Positions 1 to 13,042 of a stretch of DNA of 64,000 nt are shown here, piece after piece. Under the pieces are notes generated by a model. That model was given only the letters and a program-made list of their open reading frames with translations. It was not told the DNA's origin and did no database searches. The DNA lies in the NCBI GenBank assembly GCA_043228905.1, contig JBHGNT010000011.1, positions 21,390,001 to 21,454,000 of the forward strand. Direction: 5' to 3'. The DNA is from Azolla caroliniana. Lineage: Eukaryota; Plantae; Polypodiophyta. The position numbers and the translations under genes are program-made. The first letter of the stretch is position 1, and each line of letters begins with the position of its first letter.

Positions 1-385
1 CATCAGACAACCAAAACCAGGAAAAACATTCCATCTAGTATCAGTTCCCTTGTGCCATCTTCTATGATATATCAATTCACTACAACATTCTACAAGCAAA
101 TACCAAGAAAATTTATTCATATCATATCAACGTCATTATCCCCACTTATATGACATGTCCCACATCCTCTCATTACATCAAAATACTGCAATCAATACCA
201 ATAAAATGTATTGATGCCCTTGTCCACTATTAGATGACATATCATCTTGACTCATCAACACACAACCACCAATAGGAAGAAAATGAATCCATATCATATC
301 AATGCCCTAATCCCTTCTTACATGATTATCATCTCACTACATCTACAAGAAACCATTCAACTCATATAATGCTCACATGAATTAC

Positions 386-1579
386 CTGTCTATAAAGTTG
401 GCTTTGGCGGTTGATGAACAGACCAAAGAGGTCTTCATTTGAACCATCGTGAAAGGCACCTTGTTCTTGAGATATAAATACGTCATCTCCAATCCTATGC
501 CTATTATTGTTAACTGGTTTTTTTCTGATCCCACACGAACCCTTATGCAAACATGTAGTGTCATTATCCTTTTCAATCCAATCCAAACAATCCTCTTCAC
601 AATCACTTTGTACATGAGAACCAGAGCAGGAGGAGGAAAATCCACTTTGAAAAGATAAAGGTAGATTCTTTGTAAAATCATTAACAAGGCCATTTATGCG
701 AGCCCCTAGCTCCACCCTTGCTTGGGCTAATACTTTTCCTATCTCATGTAAACCATCAAAGTCATGGTTCATAGACAACTTTACCTCTTCATTTGTAAGA
801 CTTTTGGCGATAGCATAAGTAGAATCATGGTGGTTAGTAGATGTCTTCCTCTCTGCATTTGAGCCATTTTTCACGGTAGAATGAGTAGAATCATGCTTCC
901 TAGATGTGTTTTTCTCTTTTTTGGAGCCATTTTCGTCAGTGGGATGAGCCGAAATAAGCTTCATAGGTTTTTTCCTGTCTACGTTTGAAGCATTTTCAGG
1001 AGTATAACGAGTGGATTCATGCTCCTTAGAAGTCTTTTTCTCCTGCTTTGTGCGCTTTTCGTTAGTGGGTTTTGTATATTCATGGTTCACCGACATGTTG
1101 TTCTCTTTGTTTGAAGCATTTTGAGCTGTAAAATGAGCATGATCTTGCTTCGCAGATGTATTGTTCTCTTTCTTAGAACCATTTTTAGCAGCAAGACGGG
1201 CATAATCATGGTTCATAAATTTTGTGTCCTCTTTACCTGAACCATTTTCAGGAAGATCCGCTGTCTGAAGCTTTCCCTTGTTTACTTGAATCTTATTGAA
1301 GAAGAGAAAACTGGATTTTAAAGAAGGCCTACCGATCCATGGCCATGGCCACGAAGAAGAAGATGCCATATCTTCACAACATTCTCCATTTGAAGCTGTA
1401 TCACTCAAAGTTACGAACCGATGTCCTGACTGCCGAGAGGAAGAAGGATATGACGATGATGACAAAGGAGAAGGTCGGAGATTGTTCTGAAGAATGCCTC
1501 TGAAACCCTGCGCGAGTGAATGAAAGCGTCCCGCTATATCCCGACCTTGTCTTTGAGCTTCTTCCCATCCTCCCTCCAT
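386..1579 (-). CDS. Exon 1 of a conserved plant protein of unknown function (gene continues beyond the left edge)
   Basis: ATG at 1579 ([30 protein letters not shown]) and the later block [24 protein letters not shown] resemble, from memory, an uncharacterised plant family (WEEVQRHGQDLADRLAQGF ... DIGNRIGQAGADFG). The open frame ends at a good donor CAG|GTAAT at 386/385. Confidence 0.7.
758..1249 (-). repeat. Coding tandem repeat, about 8 x 21 aa (63 nt), degenerate
   Basis: Units: [21 protein letters not shown] / [21 protein letters not shown] / [21 protein letters not shown] / [21 protein letters not shown] / [21 protein letters not shown] / [21 protein letters not shown] / [22 protein letters not shown] / [16 protein letters not shown]. 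Confidence 0.85.
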
Positions 1580-1670
1580 GGCTGGAACAGAGAGACAGGG
1601 AAGCACGGAGAGAAGAGAGAGTGGGAGATGCGTCCAGCTCTGAAGGAGCCTCGTTCATCAATCGAATCGA

Positions 1671-1822
1671 TCTCTCTCTCTATATATATATACATATATA
1701 TATACTGTTATACTGTTATACATACATACATACATACATATACTGTTATACATATACACATATACATATGCATGTATGTATATACATACATACACACACA
1801 TATTTATGCATACATATATATA
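1671..1822. repeat. Compound (TC)n/(TA)n/(TACA)n microsatellite upstream of gene 1
   Basis: Directly visible; a further (TACA)n run lies at about 1975-2004. Confidence 0.9.
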
Positions 1823-4190
1823 CCTTTGCTTTGCTTCTTCCGATTGTAAGTAAGCATCACCACCCTTCTCCTTCCTAAGTCATGAGTCATGAGCGAGCGA
1901 GCGACATCGGAAATGTGTCAGGAATTCGTGGGAATTACAAATACCATCCTTGTGGGAAACTAAACTTGCTTTGTTATACATACATACATACATACATACA
2001 TACATGTTTTACCCTCCTTTATATGCCTCCTTAACCATGCGGACACATGATTCAGCCTATTCCCCATCTTATTGGCTCCCTCCCCAAGACACCACCACTG
2101 TACATACTAGTGATGCTCGCCCCCGAAAAGTAATAAGATAGCCCTTCCTCCCACCACCCACCTATATCCCTCTGAGGAAAACATTGAACAGGATGGATGT
2201 GTCTTCCTCTCGTTGCCTACCCAAAAAGAAATGACTGGGATGGTGCTTTCTAAAGGATGAAAATGCTCAAAGATGTTTGAAGATGCAACCCCAAGCACAA
2301 CTTTATATCTCTCCGTCTTTGCCACGAAAAGATGCCCGTATTCAAAAACCCATATATTGGACACGGATTTGATAGCATTACATAAATATAACTATGTATC
2401 TAAATAAATTTAACCCACTTTGTTCATCAAGATTGAAATTTCATGAAGTGTGTGGGATGTGTGGGATAGAGAGACGTCTTTCATCAAGTAATGTAATGAT
2501 CTTGTAATGTGTGATGGTCATAAAGTTCTCAACTTTGGCCCTATCTATTAAGAATCCAAAAAAGGTGTAAAACAATGTTCTCATAAAGTTGAGAATTGCA
2601 TCAAGAGGTACAAGAATGTTGGAACACTTTCGCATCGTGGTGTAGCATGTAATTTTGTTGTGGTTCTTAGTGGAGAATACATATATGCCCCCTCCCACCT
2701 TTTTATCTTGATTAAGTGCATTAATTAGCTAGTAGATTTTGGGCATTTAGTAACATATCACTTCTTTTGCCACCACAAACAAACTCTCCCAGGTTGTACT
2801 TGGATTGTCACTCTTCACCTCAATCTTTTGTTGCCCATTGCCACAATGTCCCAAACAAAACTTGCTTTCTATCCTTTGAAGGTAACCAATCTCAAAACTC
2901 TACTTTTGCTAATGTTCTATATTATGTCGAGCTTGGAATCTATTCATATGTTTATATTTGTGTTGAGGATGAATTCATTGCTTTGGGTTGGCAAGGTGGA
3001 GGCAATGTAGTAAGGCAAAGTTCACACATGTAATTCTTTTTGCCCAAGAATTTTGTAAGAACTAAGCTTTTGTTGTCATATTTGGAGACAACTAATATTG
3101 TGTAGCAATAATGCTTTTCATTGTTTCATTCGGAATCGAAGTGGGTGCCCATGCATAGCATATTATGGCCCAATTTCATCCGAGTATATTCTAAATTAAT
3201 TGCTCGTGCTCTTGTTGTTGTTGAGTCTTGCGGCATGCTATTGCTCACTCTAGCTTTGCAAAAATGGCATGTCCAATTGAAGTACTTGAAAATATTTGTT
3301 TGCTTTTAGAAAATGATTAAAATTGTTATTGGAAAACTTCAAAACAAAGGTGATTTTGCAAAATAAATTGTAGAAAATGGTGTATGTTATTGGTGTGGCC
3401 TCGATCAATCCTAACTATATATATTACTTCAAATTGTTGAAAGCTCACTCAATAACTTCATAAGTTTTATCATTACACCACCCGTTTACTTAGTTACTCG
3501 GAAACTCCATAAGTTTTAGTACGCCGTCATTCAACAATTCCAAAAGTAAATTTAACCCTGTGCAAATATTCCAAAGGCTAGGACTATATGTAGTCACTCG
3601 ATGTTCAATTGTGCTAAGATAAACGCACACAAAAGTTTCCTTCCCTCAAATAGGCATTGTAAGTATAGTTGTCCATACGATATAGCTCTAGCTAGAAGTC
3701 TCACATGTACATGGTGATGTTCACTCGATAACTCAAGATAGAAAGCTCACATGTATCCAATGCACATTACTTGCTCCAGGAACACCTCTAGAAGTGTCAC
3801 AATTATGTGATGTCACGTGAAGTCTTACGTCATAGATTTATCTCCTCTGAACAATTTTTGCTATGCTTATCCAACAGATAGTTGATCTTGGAGATATCTA
3901 TGGGCTTTTCTACCCCCATACAGAGTACACATAATGTGTGAACTTTGTCCGGGGGTGATGTCCTATGCCCATGATCACTTGCTCCTTGTGGCCATGCCTT
4001 CTCTATCTATGTGTGTGTGCAATCATATGTTACCGATGTCTTTTTGTAGGTCACTTATTAATAATAGCCTTCACTTTGCGAGCTAAGGCTTTCAAGAACA
4101 CAACAACAACGGAAGAAGAGTAGAACAATAATATTCTCTTTTCTTGGCCAGATCGTTAAGGGTTTTGATAAACACAGCCTCTATTTCTGG

Positions 4191-4205
4191 TTAGGGTTAG
4201 GGTTT
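4191..4205. promoter_or_regulatory. Telo-box element (AAACCCTAA, doubled) upstream of PFD2
   Basis: TTAGGGTTAGGGTTT about 85 bp before the ATG. Telo-boxes are common in promoters and 5' UTRs of plant housekeeping and translation genes. Confidence 0.55.
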
Positions 4206-4287
4206 CAAAAAACACCTCCCTCTCTCCGGTACGGGCTTCAAACCTCTCTCCCTCTCCTTTCAAAAGTACTCGCAGAAGCTCTCGGCT

Positions 4288-4725
4288 ATGGCGGAATCGA
4301 GCACAGACAGCGGGCCCGAGATTGTTAACGAGCAAGCTGTTGCAGGTCGATGGAGCGCCATGAGATCAGAGCTCAACCAACTCTACTCCAAGATCACAGA
4401 GCTAGAGATGGAATTAAGCGAGCATTCTCTTGTCATCTCTGCAATCCAACCTCTCGACAAAGATCGCAAATGCTTCCGAATGATCGGTGGAGTTCTCGTC
4501 GAACGAACCGTCGGGGAAGTCTTACCTGCTGTTCAGCGTAACAAGGAAGCTCTCCAAGAAGTCATAACTCGACTTTCAGAAGCTCTTGTGAAGAAGAAGA
4601 AGGATCTCTCTGAGTTTGAAACCAAGTATAAGATCAAGATCAGGAAGACGGATGAGATCGTTGGTAAAGATGAAGACCGGAACAGAGAAGGATCCGCTCA
4701 AGGAGTACTTGTGGCAAATGCATGA
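4288..4725 (+). CDS. PFD2: Prefoldin subunit 2
   Basis: Intronless 145-aa ORF with the beta-prefoldin signature RKCFRMIGGVLVERTVGEVLPAV and coiled-coil flanks; C-terminal QGVLV typical of PFDN2. Confidence 0.96.
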   Translation: MAESSTDSGPEIVNEQAVAGRWSAMRSELNQLYSKITELEMELSEHSLVISAIQPLDKDRKCFRMIGGVLVERTVGEVLPAVQRNKEALQEVITRLSEALVKKKKDLSEFETKYKIKIRKTDEIVGKDEDRNREGSAQGVLVANA

Positions 4726-5632
4726 ATATTTCTTCAACGGATTGCTTCATTGATGGATCGATTCTATGCATATTTTCAGCAAGTCTTCTGATATCTGAGA
4801 AACATTGTTCAATACACCAATTAGATTATTTCATCGGTTTTCTGTGCACTTTTTTTGTGTATGGAAATACTTGCGTCTCGGTTGCCTTATCTATGTCAAG
4901 GAGCATATCTGTTCTTTCCTACTTCCTTTATACCATCTAGGAATTTTAGAATCTTTGTCTATGCGGTATCTATTTGGCAAGTATTTTGATCTGTGTAACA
5001 TTGTTTCATACAGAGTTTGAATTACTGCAACATTTCGTGTCTCAACAGCTTTGTATTCGTAGTAGAGAACGTTTGCTGCACAAAAACTTGTTAACTGAGA
5101 AGCTTCTTCTTCGATATTATTTAAGAACTTGAGAAACTGTGCATTGTTTGTCAAAATATCTGCATATATGTGGTAAGTTTTGTAATCTCTATAATCTCAT
5201 TCCCATACTTTTGTTTTTCATCCTGTCTTTTCGTCCACTCCTGGTTTTTATGATGATTCGTTTGTAGATTTCTCAAATTGAGATGAACCTACTTTTAGAA
5301 TTTCCTTAATTCACTTAGGTCTTTTAAGTTGGTAGTTTCATATTAGATGACATCACATTCAAAATTTCCCTCATCCACTCCAGGGTTTTGTCATCTGTAG
5401 TCTCATATTAGATAAAATCATATTCCATTCTTCGCTTGTTTACTTTTGGTTTCTCCTCGTCAACAACTTAACATGGATTGCAGGAATGATTTCCTACTTG
5501 TAAAGGACATGTTTATATATGCGTGGTTTTATGCTTCTCACAAGTAACATCATATATGTTTCTTAGATGCTGGTTGTCTGTGCTTTTAATGCATCTTGTA
5601 TTTATTTTTATGTTAAAGTGTGATGGATTGTG

Positions 5633-5768
5633 TATATGGTTCTTATATGTGTTCGTATGCTTATGTTTTATGATTTTATGTTGTGCTTTTATGTTCTATA
5701 TATAGTTCTTATATGTGTTCGTATGCTTATGTTATATGATTTATGTTCTATATATGGTTCTTATATAT
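5633..5768. repeat. Imperfect tandem duplication (about 55-65 bp unit, 2+ copies)
   Basis: GTTCTTATATGTGTTCGTATGCTTATGTT occurs twice, followed by a partial third start. Confidence 0.8.
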
Positions 5769-8429
5769 GTTATTTAAATACATGACCTTAATGCTTTATT
5801 CCTACCTCAGAGAACATATCTGAGGATCTAAATCATAATTAATGTCAAGATAAACAATATTAAATGCTGATAGTTCCCATGGATCCTATAGGGAATTATC
5901 TGTTGATACACACTACTTTATGTGTTGTATACACTCTTGTTAATACACGCTTCCAGATATGTGCTTATATTAATCCCATGCAATATGACAAATGCATTCT
6001 CATAGTTTTTGTCTTGGATGTAGTTCTAGTGAATAGATTTAATAAACTACCCTAGTGAAGTGTATTTTCGAATGGAGAAGAAAGCGTTGGGTCTTACTAA
6101 AAACATGGAAGCGAGATTAATTACGTGTATTGGCTTCTGAAAGGAAAATACCGTCATCCTCAAATTGGCTTCCATGTTCTGTTTTCTTGTATGTTTGCAA
6201 AATTGATCATGCGACATCAATCTTCTGGTGAAATCATAGAGATTGATGTTATGCAAATTCCAATCTTTCTTCTTGCAATCATAAAGACCCTAGATTGAGA
6301 CACGTACTTGTTGCATTATGCATACTCTTCATAAACTTTCGTTCCTTCTGGCATGGTAGGAGCCCATGTTTTCACACACTAAAAAAACATTTACATTTCC
6401 ATGTCATGACAATGCGCCTCTATTGTGTTGGGTAGCATCCCCTTCGGCGGCACGGCATGGCATGCACGCACTTGTCTTCCCGCATTCCGTTTGCTGAGCG
6501 CAAAGCGTCGACAAAGAAAGCAGCTACCTTTTCATTATTATACTGTAATCCCAGCGCAAACAAAAAAACTGCTAATATAGTCACACATTTGCTTGTTACT
6601 AAAATCTTTTCCTTGAGTAGTAGTTATATTACATCCACTCGTAACCTACATATTTAAATATTGTCTTTGTGATACATTCCTTTATACGTTGAAATGTTCT
6701 CTTGATTTTGATCAAGTTTATTTGGACATTCTTTACCTCTTTTTCTTTCATGTATGATAGTTCTTTCAATGAACATGATTTCTTATGCTTGTCGTCTTAA
6801 TCTTGTGCATTTTGCGCACTATGTTATGAATCATGGTACATGAAAGTGCATCCCAAGTAATTTCGAATTCATATAATTGGATTTTGTAGAAAGTCTCCAT
6901 CTAATAATTAATCATGAAAGTGCCCTATCCATCATTCATTGGTAAGTGCCTTCTGAATCAGCTCCAAGAATTCATTAACATCATATATCCTATCCATCAT
7001 CCATTTCATAGATATTAGTTAGACCAATAACACAAGGTTTGCTAATTGTCCTCTCATGCCATGGCCATGCATCTACTTCTCCACATGGAGAAATTGGTGA
7101 ACATTTCTCAATTCAAGCCTATGCTATTGTTGCGTTTTTTAAGTCTCATAATTATCCACACAATATGTGCATTGTTACAAATGCTTTACACTCACAACAT
7201 TATAATAGAGTTAAATGTTAACTTACAGAAGATCAAGTTATTGTCCCTTAACGTGTACACATTGCAAACCTTGTTATTGACAACAAAATCGATCAATCCC
7301 TATCAAATGGTAAGGCATTCGGGGTATCCACTACTACTAGGCAAAAACATCATAGACAAGTTGAAGGTGAATGTGTACTGCAAACAATAAGACAAAATTT
7401 AAGCTACTAGAAAAATGTAGCATACCCAATGTTTCAATCAATTTTCATAGCATATATATAGTTATATCTACCCTTGGCCATTTGGTTCAAAAAGCACCTT
7501 AAAAACACCATGTTAGGTTCAAAGAGAATGTTGGAAGGCAAAACATGTTGGTGAAGGTTTAAAATTGTTGTGATGTGGGAAACTCTACTAAACAAAGTTA
7601 TTCGGAGGTTTGAATATAAGAAGTTGGAAGTTTCCAAGGAAATTGACAATGCTCATTGACTTGGAAAAGCAAAACTATGGACAAAGATGTTGGTGGATAT
7701 GCGCAAATGCATGAACTCAAACTTCATTGCATTTTGGACCAATTGCCTTTAGGATACATTATTTGGTAAGCATGGTGGCACTATTGTACGATCTAAATTC
7801 ACCTCAAATTTGGTTAAAAAATTGGAAGAAAGTCACACAACATATGGAATCAAAATTTGTTAATTCGATTCAAATCGGAAAGTATTGATGTCATCTCTTC
7901 CCTTTGTATATTCATGGATCAAAACCTTAGAAGGTCATGTTGTATTTCTAAACAGGGTGTTTTTTAGGTCAAGGATTAATGGTCAATGATAATACTATCT
8001 CCTTCAATGTGAGAGCAAATACATATGCCCTACGCATTCTCAAAGTCTAATTTGGCATAAAATAGAGGATTTGATTCATGATTGGGTATCTTCCCACTCT
8101 CGAGAGACAAAATCATTACATGATTAGAGCCCAATTGCTGGTTTGGTAACTCTACAAACAAATCAAATTACAACCAACAAGGCATATTGATTGCTCTGCA
8201 CTTGGTATAGGCATAAATACTACAAAACAATTCTATAATTAATTTTAATGGGGTGAGCGTAGGAACTAGGACAAACCCGTAAGGGCCTATGACATGTGGG
8301 AACACATGGTATAGGACATCGATGGTATTTTATGTTTGTCTCATGTTCTTTGGTTGGGGGTGGTCGTTGTTAAGCACCTTAATATATTATCCTCATACAA
8401 TATCTTATTCTTTTGGTCATCATTAGTTC

Positions 8430-11400
8430 AATGCATAGTATCACTTCATGGTTATTCATGCGTAAATGCCCACATGTTTTTAACCTAGAGAAGGCATCGC
8501 AACACGATGATTCCATGAAGAAGGTAACAATGTTGTTTCCTGGATTATCCTTAGAATACAACATGTTACTTCCTACTATTGGCAACTCCTTTGGTATGAT
8601 GCTTTACGAGGAGCTAACGATAGCGGACAGGCTAAAGAAGCACCTAGGCCCTCCCTCTATCCGCCTATTGGTGTAAGATATCAACAAACTTCCCTCCAAG
8701 ATCCTCATTCCCGGGAAAAACGGAATGCGGATTGAACAATGCATAGAAGTGATTGGCGCACCGGGGCAATGTTTTGCATGCAAAAATCTTGGTCATTTAA
8801 AAAAGAATTGCCCCACAAGACGTATCAAAGATCCTACGAAGGAGACTCTGGAAGGTCGGGACACCATAGGACATCAGAAGCCTCCTCCACCACGACCCGA
8901 TAAGGTTGTGATGAAATGGCGAGTGGTGGGAAAAACCCATGTCCTTTGGAAAACTCCACATGCACAAAATCCTCCATCACCTATGAGCCCCAACCGATTT
9001 GACCTACTACAAGAGCTCTCCCCCACAGATGAGCATTCCCCTAGTTCTTTCTTAAGCCCCAAGGAACGACCTAAGGTGATACCAAGCACACAAGAGAAAT
9101 TTCTCGTTAAAGCTTACAAAAGAGGGAAGCGAAGAAGGATAAGTCATGTTAAGACCTTAATACGGAGCTTGAGCGGAATGACACCCAATGCAGAAGCAAC
9201 AAACTAAGGTAGAAGTTTGAATGTCACGCCTTAGATCGTAGTCTTCCCGGACACAAATGAGTGTGATTCCTCTAGCCAAGACCTTGAACCACACCTGCAA
9301 AATGCCTTGAAATGGCTAGGTATAGGGCACAACACAATGGAAAAAATAAGGGTACATGTATCAACGGTACACAATAACGGAGGTCCAACGACCTCAATCT
9401 CCTTTCCACTCTTGCTTCCGTCATAGGAAGACTAGTCGAAATCCAAGATTAAAGATACGCTATGTAGCCAAGTAACATGCTTTGTAGCAAAAATAAGAGA
9501 TGAAGACCTCATGAACGAACTAGAGCAGCATTGGAATAACACTGAATTTTGGTGCATCATGGATGAAGAGGAACCTCATCTTTGCCACATCCACCTGCAG
9601 ACTATCATAGACACCCAACTAACTCCAAGCCTTTTCTATTTCTATGAGAAGCATGGAGGGGAGATTAAAGCTCACAGGATAGCCCACAAACTCCACTCAT
9701 GGATGTGGACCATCATTCCATCAATGGAAATGACTGGATGTCTAAATGGTGAGTGCTCCCCACTCACGGCATGTTGTGCAAAGCATCAGGCACAAATGAC
9801 AATCTCCCACCCCATTCCATGAGTATGAAGATTGTAACATGGAACGTGCAAGGGCTTAGGAGTCGACTAGACCAACAAAACAGATGGAAACTGAGAAGAG
9901 ATCTTGAGGAATATATATTAGGGGGTGCTGCTAACATCATCATGTTGCAGGAACACCACCTTGATAGTACACTTTCAAAGGACGTTGGAGATCTTTTACG
10001 AGGATCATGGCGAACAATTTGGGAGGATGGAAATCATGGTGGTATTTGCACTTTGATTCGGGAACATCTAGCCCAAGGTTTAATACACCAAGAATCACTG
10101 ATACCTGGAAGGGCACATATTTGCACGTTGGTCATCCAAGGGCTACGCTGGAATTTCATGAATGTTTATGCTCCAAATAGCAGCACAGAACGGGCAAAAT
10201 TCTGGGAGCCCATTTGCCAACAAGTAGTGGGTGCAGAGGAGTGGTGCATTGGAGGGGATTTTAATATGATCGAATCCCTTCATGATAGCTCTAACAACAA
10301 CCCCAGATTCCTACAAGGAAGGGAATGTAAAAAATGGGAGAAGTTATGTGTACACCTTAACTTGCGAGATATATGGCATTCCGACAACTTCCAATGAAAA
10401 AGGGACTCTCTTATTCTCCAGATCAGATGGGCGAAATAGTGGACCCACCCTATCTCGCTTCGACTGTCTTTATGTAGGCGAGGCCCTAGAAGCAAAGGGA
10501 GGGTGGTGTTGCATAACTCCAGGCACGACTTTCTCTAACCATTACCTGGTAATTAGTCACTTTCACTTGCATCGAAAGTGGGGCTCATTCTAGCCTCGAA
10601 TCCCACACACTATCTACACAGTTATAGAGGTGAAGGAACAACTCGCCAACCAATGGTCACTACCCGTCAATGCCTCATTAGCATCTGACAAACTTCTAGC
10701 TAAATTATCAAGAGCTTCAACTCTACTACACGAGATTGCCAAGACTAGAAGTAACGATGCTCAGGAAAAGAGACAGAGGAAAAAACCGGGACTAATAGCT
10801 TTACAACGACTCCAACAACGATAGCCAACATGTAGTTGGATCATGGGACAAGTTGCCATGGCCAAACATGAACTCATCATGGCAGAAAAGGCAATCTATG
10901 ACACGGAGTTTCATGGAAGCATGGCTCGATGGATTCGAGTAGGGGACAAAACCACGAAGGAATTCTTCCGATCCAAGGAACTGAGTCACACTAGAACAAT
11001 GAGGCGCAACCTCAACCGAGCGGATGGAACTACCACGGAGGATGTCGACGAAATGAGGAATATTGCCACAAGTTATTTTAAGCGACTACTTACTGAAGAT
11101 AATATGGCCATAGGGGAAGACATAAGAGAATATATTATCCTCCAGAGCATACCTGAGAAAGTCACGACGGAAATGAATACATGGCTCGTGCGTCCCCTAT
11201 CAATCATCGAGATATGGGAGGCCCTCTCTGATTTGGATGCAGATTCAGCGACTGGTATGCAACTACATTTGGTCTAGTAAGGAAGATCATACAACTTAGG
11301 CCAAGGTGGCGTGGCCTATACTCACATCACCTAAGTCGAGAGGAGGATTGGGTCTTATTGATCCCGTCTCACAATCAAAAGCCCTGCTCGCCAAATTTGT

Positions 11401-13042
11401 GGTGCGACGACTCCAACTAGGGAATGACAATTGGAAATTTTTTACTGCGGTTACGCTTTGCTTACTTTAGGCCATGAAAAGGGACCAATTGGCCCCCCCA
11501 AACTAGATGGATTCTAAACATGGATCTCAAACCTAGTTTCTCCCGCCAACTAGAGGATATATTTAGTGCATCCATATGGAAGGCGTGGTGTGACATTAGA
11601 CGAGGACTCAAGTGCGATCAACCCAATTCCAAATCTGCCTGGCTCAGTCAACATATCCTATGGAACCCATGTATTAGGGATGAATCTAATCAACTAATTG
11701 GATCAAGTAAGGGGTTGTCATGGAGATACATTTTGGAAGGTCCAGGAAAAAGTATAGAATGTTGGAGACGGTTTATGTCATTGCCAATACAAGACCAAGC
11801 CAACATCCTTCATGGAATCAGGGGCGGATGGGCTATGAGATCTGAAATCATTAATGCTCTACTGATTAGGGAAGCTGCTCATCAAAGGACGACAACAGAG
11901 AAATGGATAGGCTACAAGGAGGAGGGCTCTTTGATCCCAAGAGGTAGGGACACACTAGACAGGATTGAAGGCCCTGAATTGCAAGACAATGAGACATCAA
12001 CACAACATAAGGCAATCTGAGTACTAGCATATACTGGGCAAAAATGGATTGTAGATCCAAATCTGATCAAAGTACAACTAGATTGGCACACATGTACTCA
12101 TGAAAACACATGGCTACGTAAGGTCAGTTTGGGACCCTTTGCAACGGACATGGTGTGATTCTTATGCGGGGCAAGGAAGCAAACCTATCCCTTTCTTTCA
12201 ATTCACAACTAGATTGGGTCGCCATATTATAACCGCTCAATCCGCCCGAGAGCTGGCTGCTGCAAAGGTCTAGCACAATATCATGTTCCTTACACAATTA
12301 TCACCAAGTTTTGGCAGAAACTCTGCAAACAACAACAGATGAGGCGAATCACCACTTTCCAATGACTATTAATACATAAGTCACTACCAGTTGGTGCATG
12401 GTAACGTGGGAACCTCAACTCTCCTAATTGTGTTGCGTGTCCAACTGTATTAGAATCCATACAACACACTCTATGGGACTACCTAGAGTCCCATTGAATA
12501 TGGCAGGGGGTGGCCGCTTATTGCAATTATGCCAGGTGCAAGGCTCAATCAAGTGGGGGAATGTATATTGGCTATCATGGCAGGCCCCAATTGACAGCTA
12601 TGAGCATCAGGAAGAGGGGATGACCTTGGTTTTTCTCCACCATTGGCAATATCCACTCAACTCCTATTAGTGCCAAATCTCAAGTTGTGTTGGACTTGGT
12701 CAACCCAACTAACTCTTTGGATTCTATGGAAACAACGGTGTAGACGAGTCTTTTCCAACCAAAGTGCACAACAAATAATGTTAATGCAAGAGATATGGAG
12801 TCAAGCTGTAGGCACTCTAAAGAGCCAATATGATGGCCTCAAGGGCGACTCCGATAGAGTTGAAAGATGACGACTAGCCTTTATCCAACAATGGTCGTCC
12901 TCTCCCTTTCTTGAGGCAGTGGGCATCCACATAAGATGGACCTATCATGTCCCTATCGGGATTTGTATATAATAATCTCATCTGTAAAATCTTTATAACT
13001 AATGGAAGGAGTTGTTTTTGGAAAATAAAATAAAATAAAAAA
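8430..13042 (+). mobile_element. Degenerate L1-type LINE (ORF1 + ORF2) with the RT domain deleted
   Basis: ORF1 relic with zinc knuckle CFACKNLGHLKKNCP (about 8770). ORF2 starts at 9819 with APE endonuclease motifs (IVTWNVQGL, LQEH, NVYAPN, GGDFN, SRFD) and a linker GDKTTKEFF. C-terminal region AKVAW..GGLGLIDP and zf-RVT-like segment (LWILWKQRCRRVF). A-rich tail at 13022-13042. Many stops and frameshifts. Confidence 0.92.

Noticed and set aside
1516-1878. ORFs of 120 and 109 aa on the + strand
   Set aside because: They are translations of the TA/TACA microsatellite and of the antisense strand of gene 1.
5165-5185. GTAAGT donor-like site about 450 nt after the PFD2 stop (possible 3' UTR intron)
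   Set aside because: A single hexamer with no identifiable acceptor and no transcript evidence.
6600-8200. Possible Mutator-like transposase relic on the minus strand (EFEITW)
   Set aside because: Only one short motif; no TIRs or TSD found.
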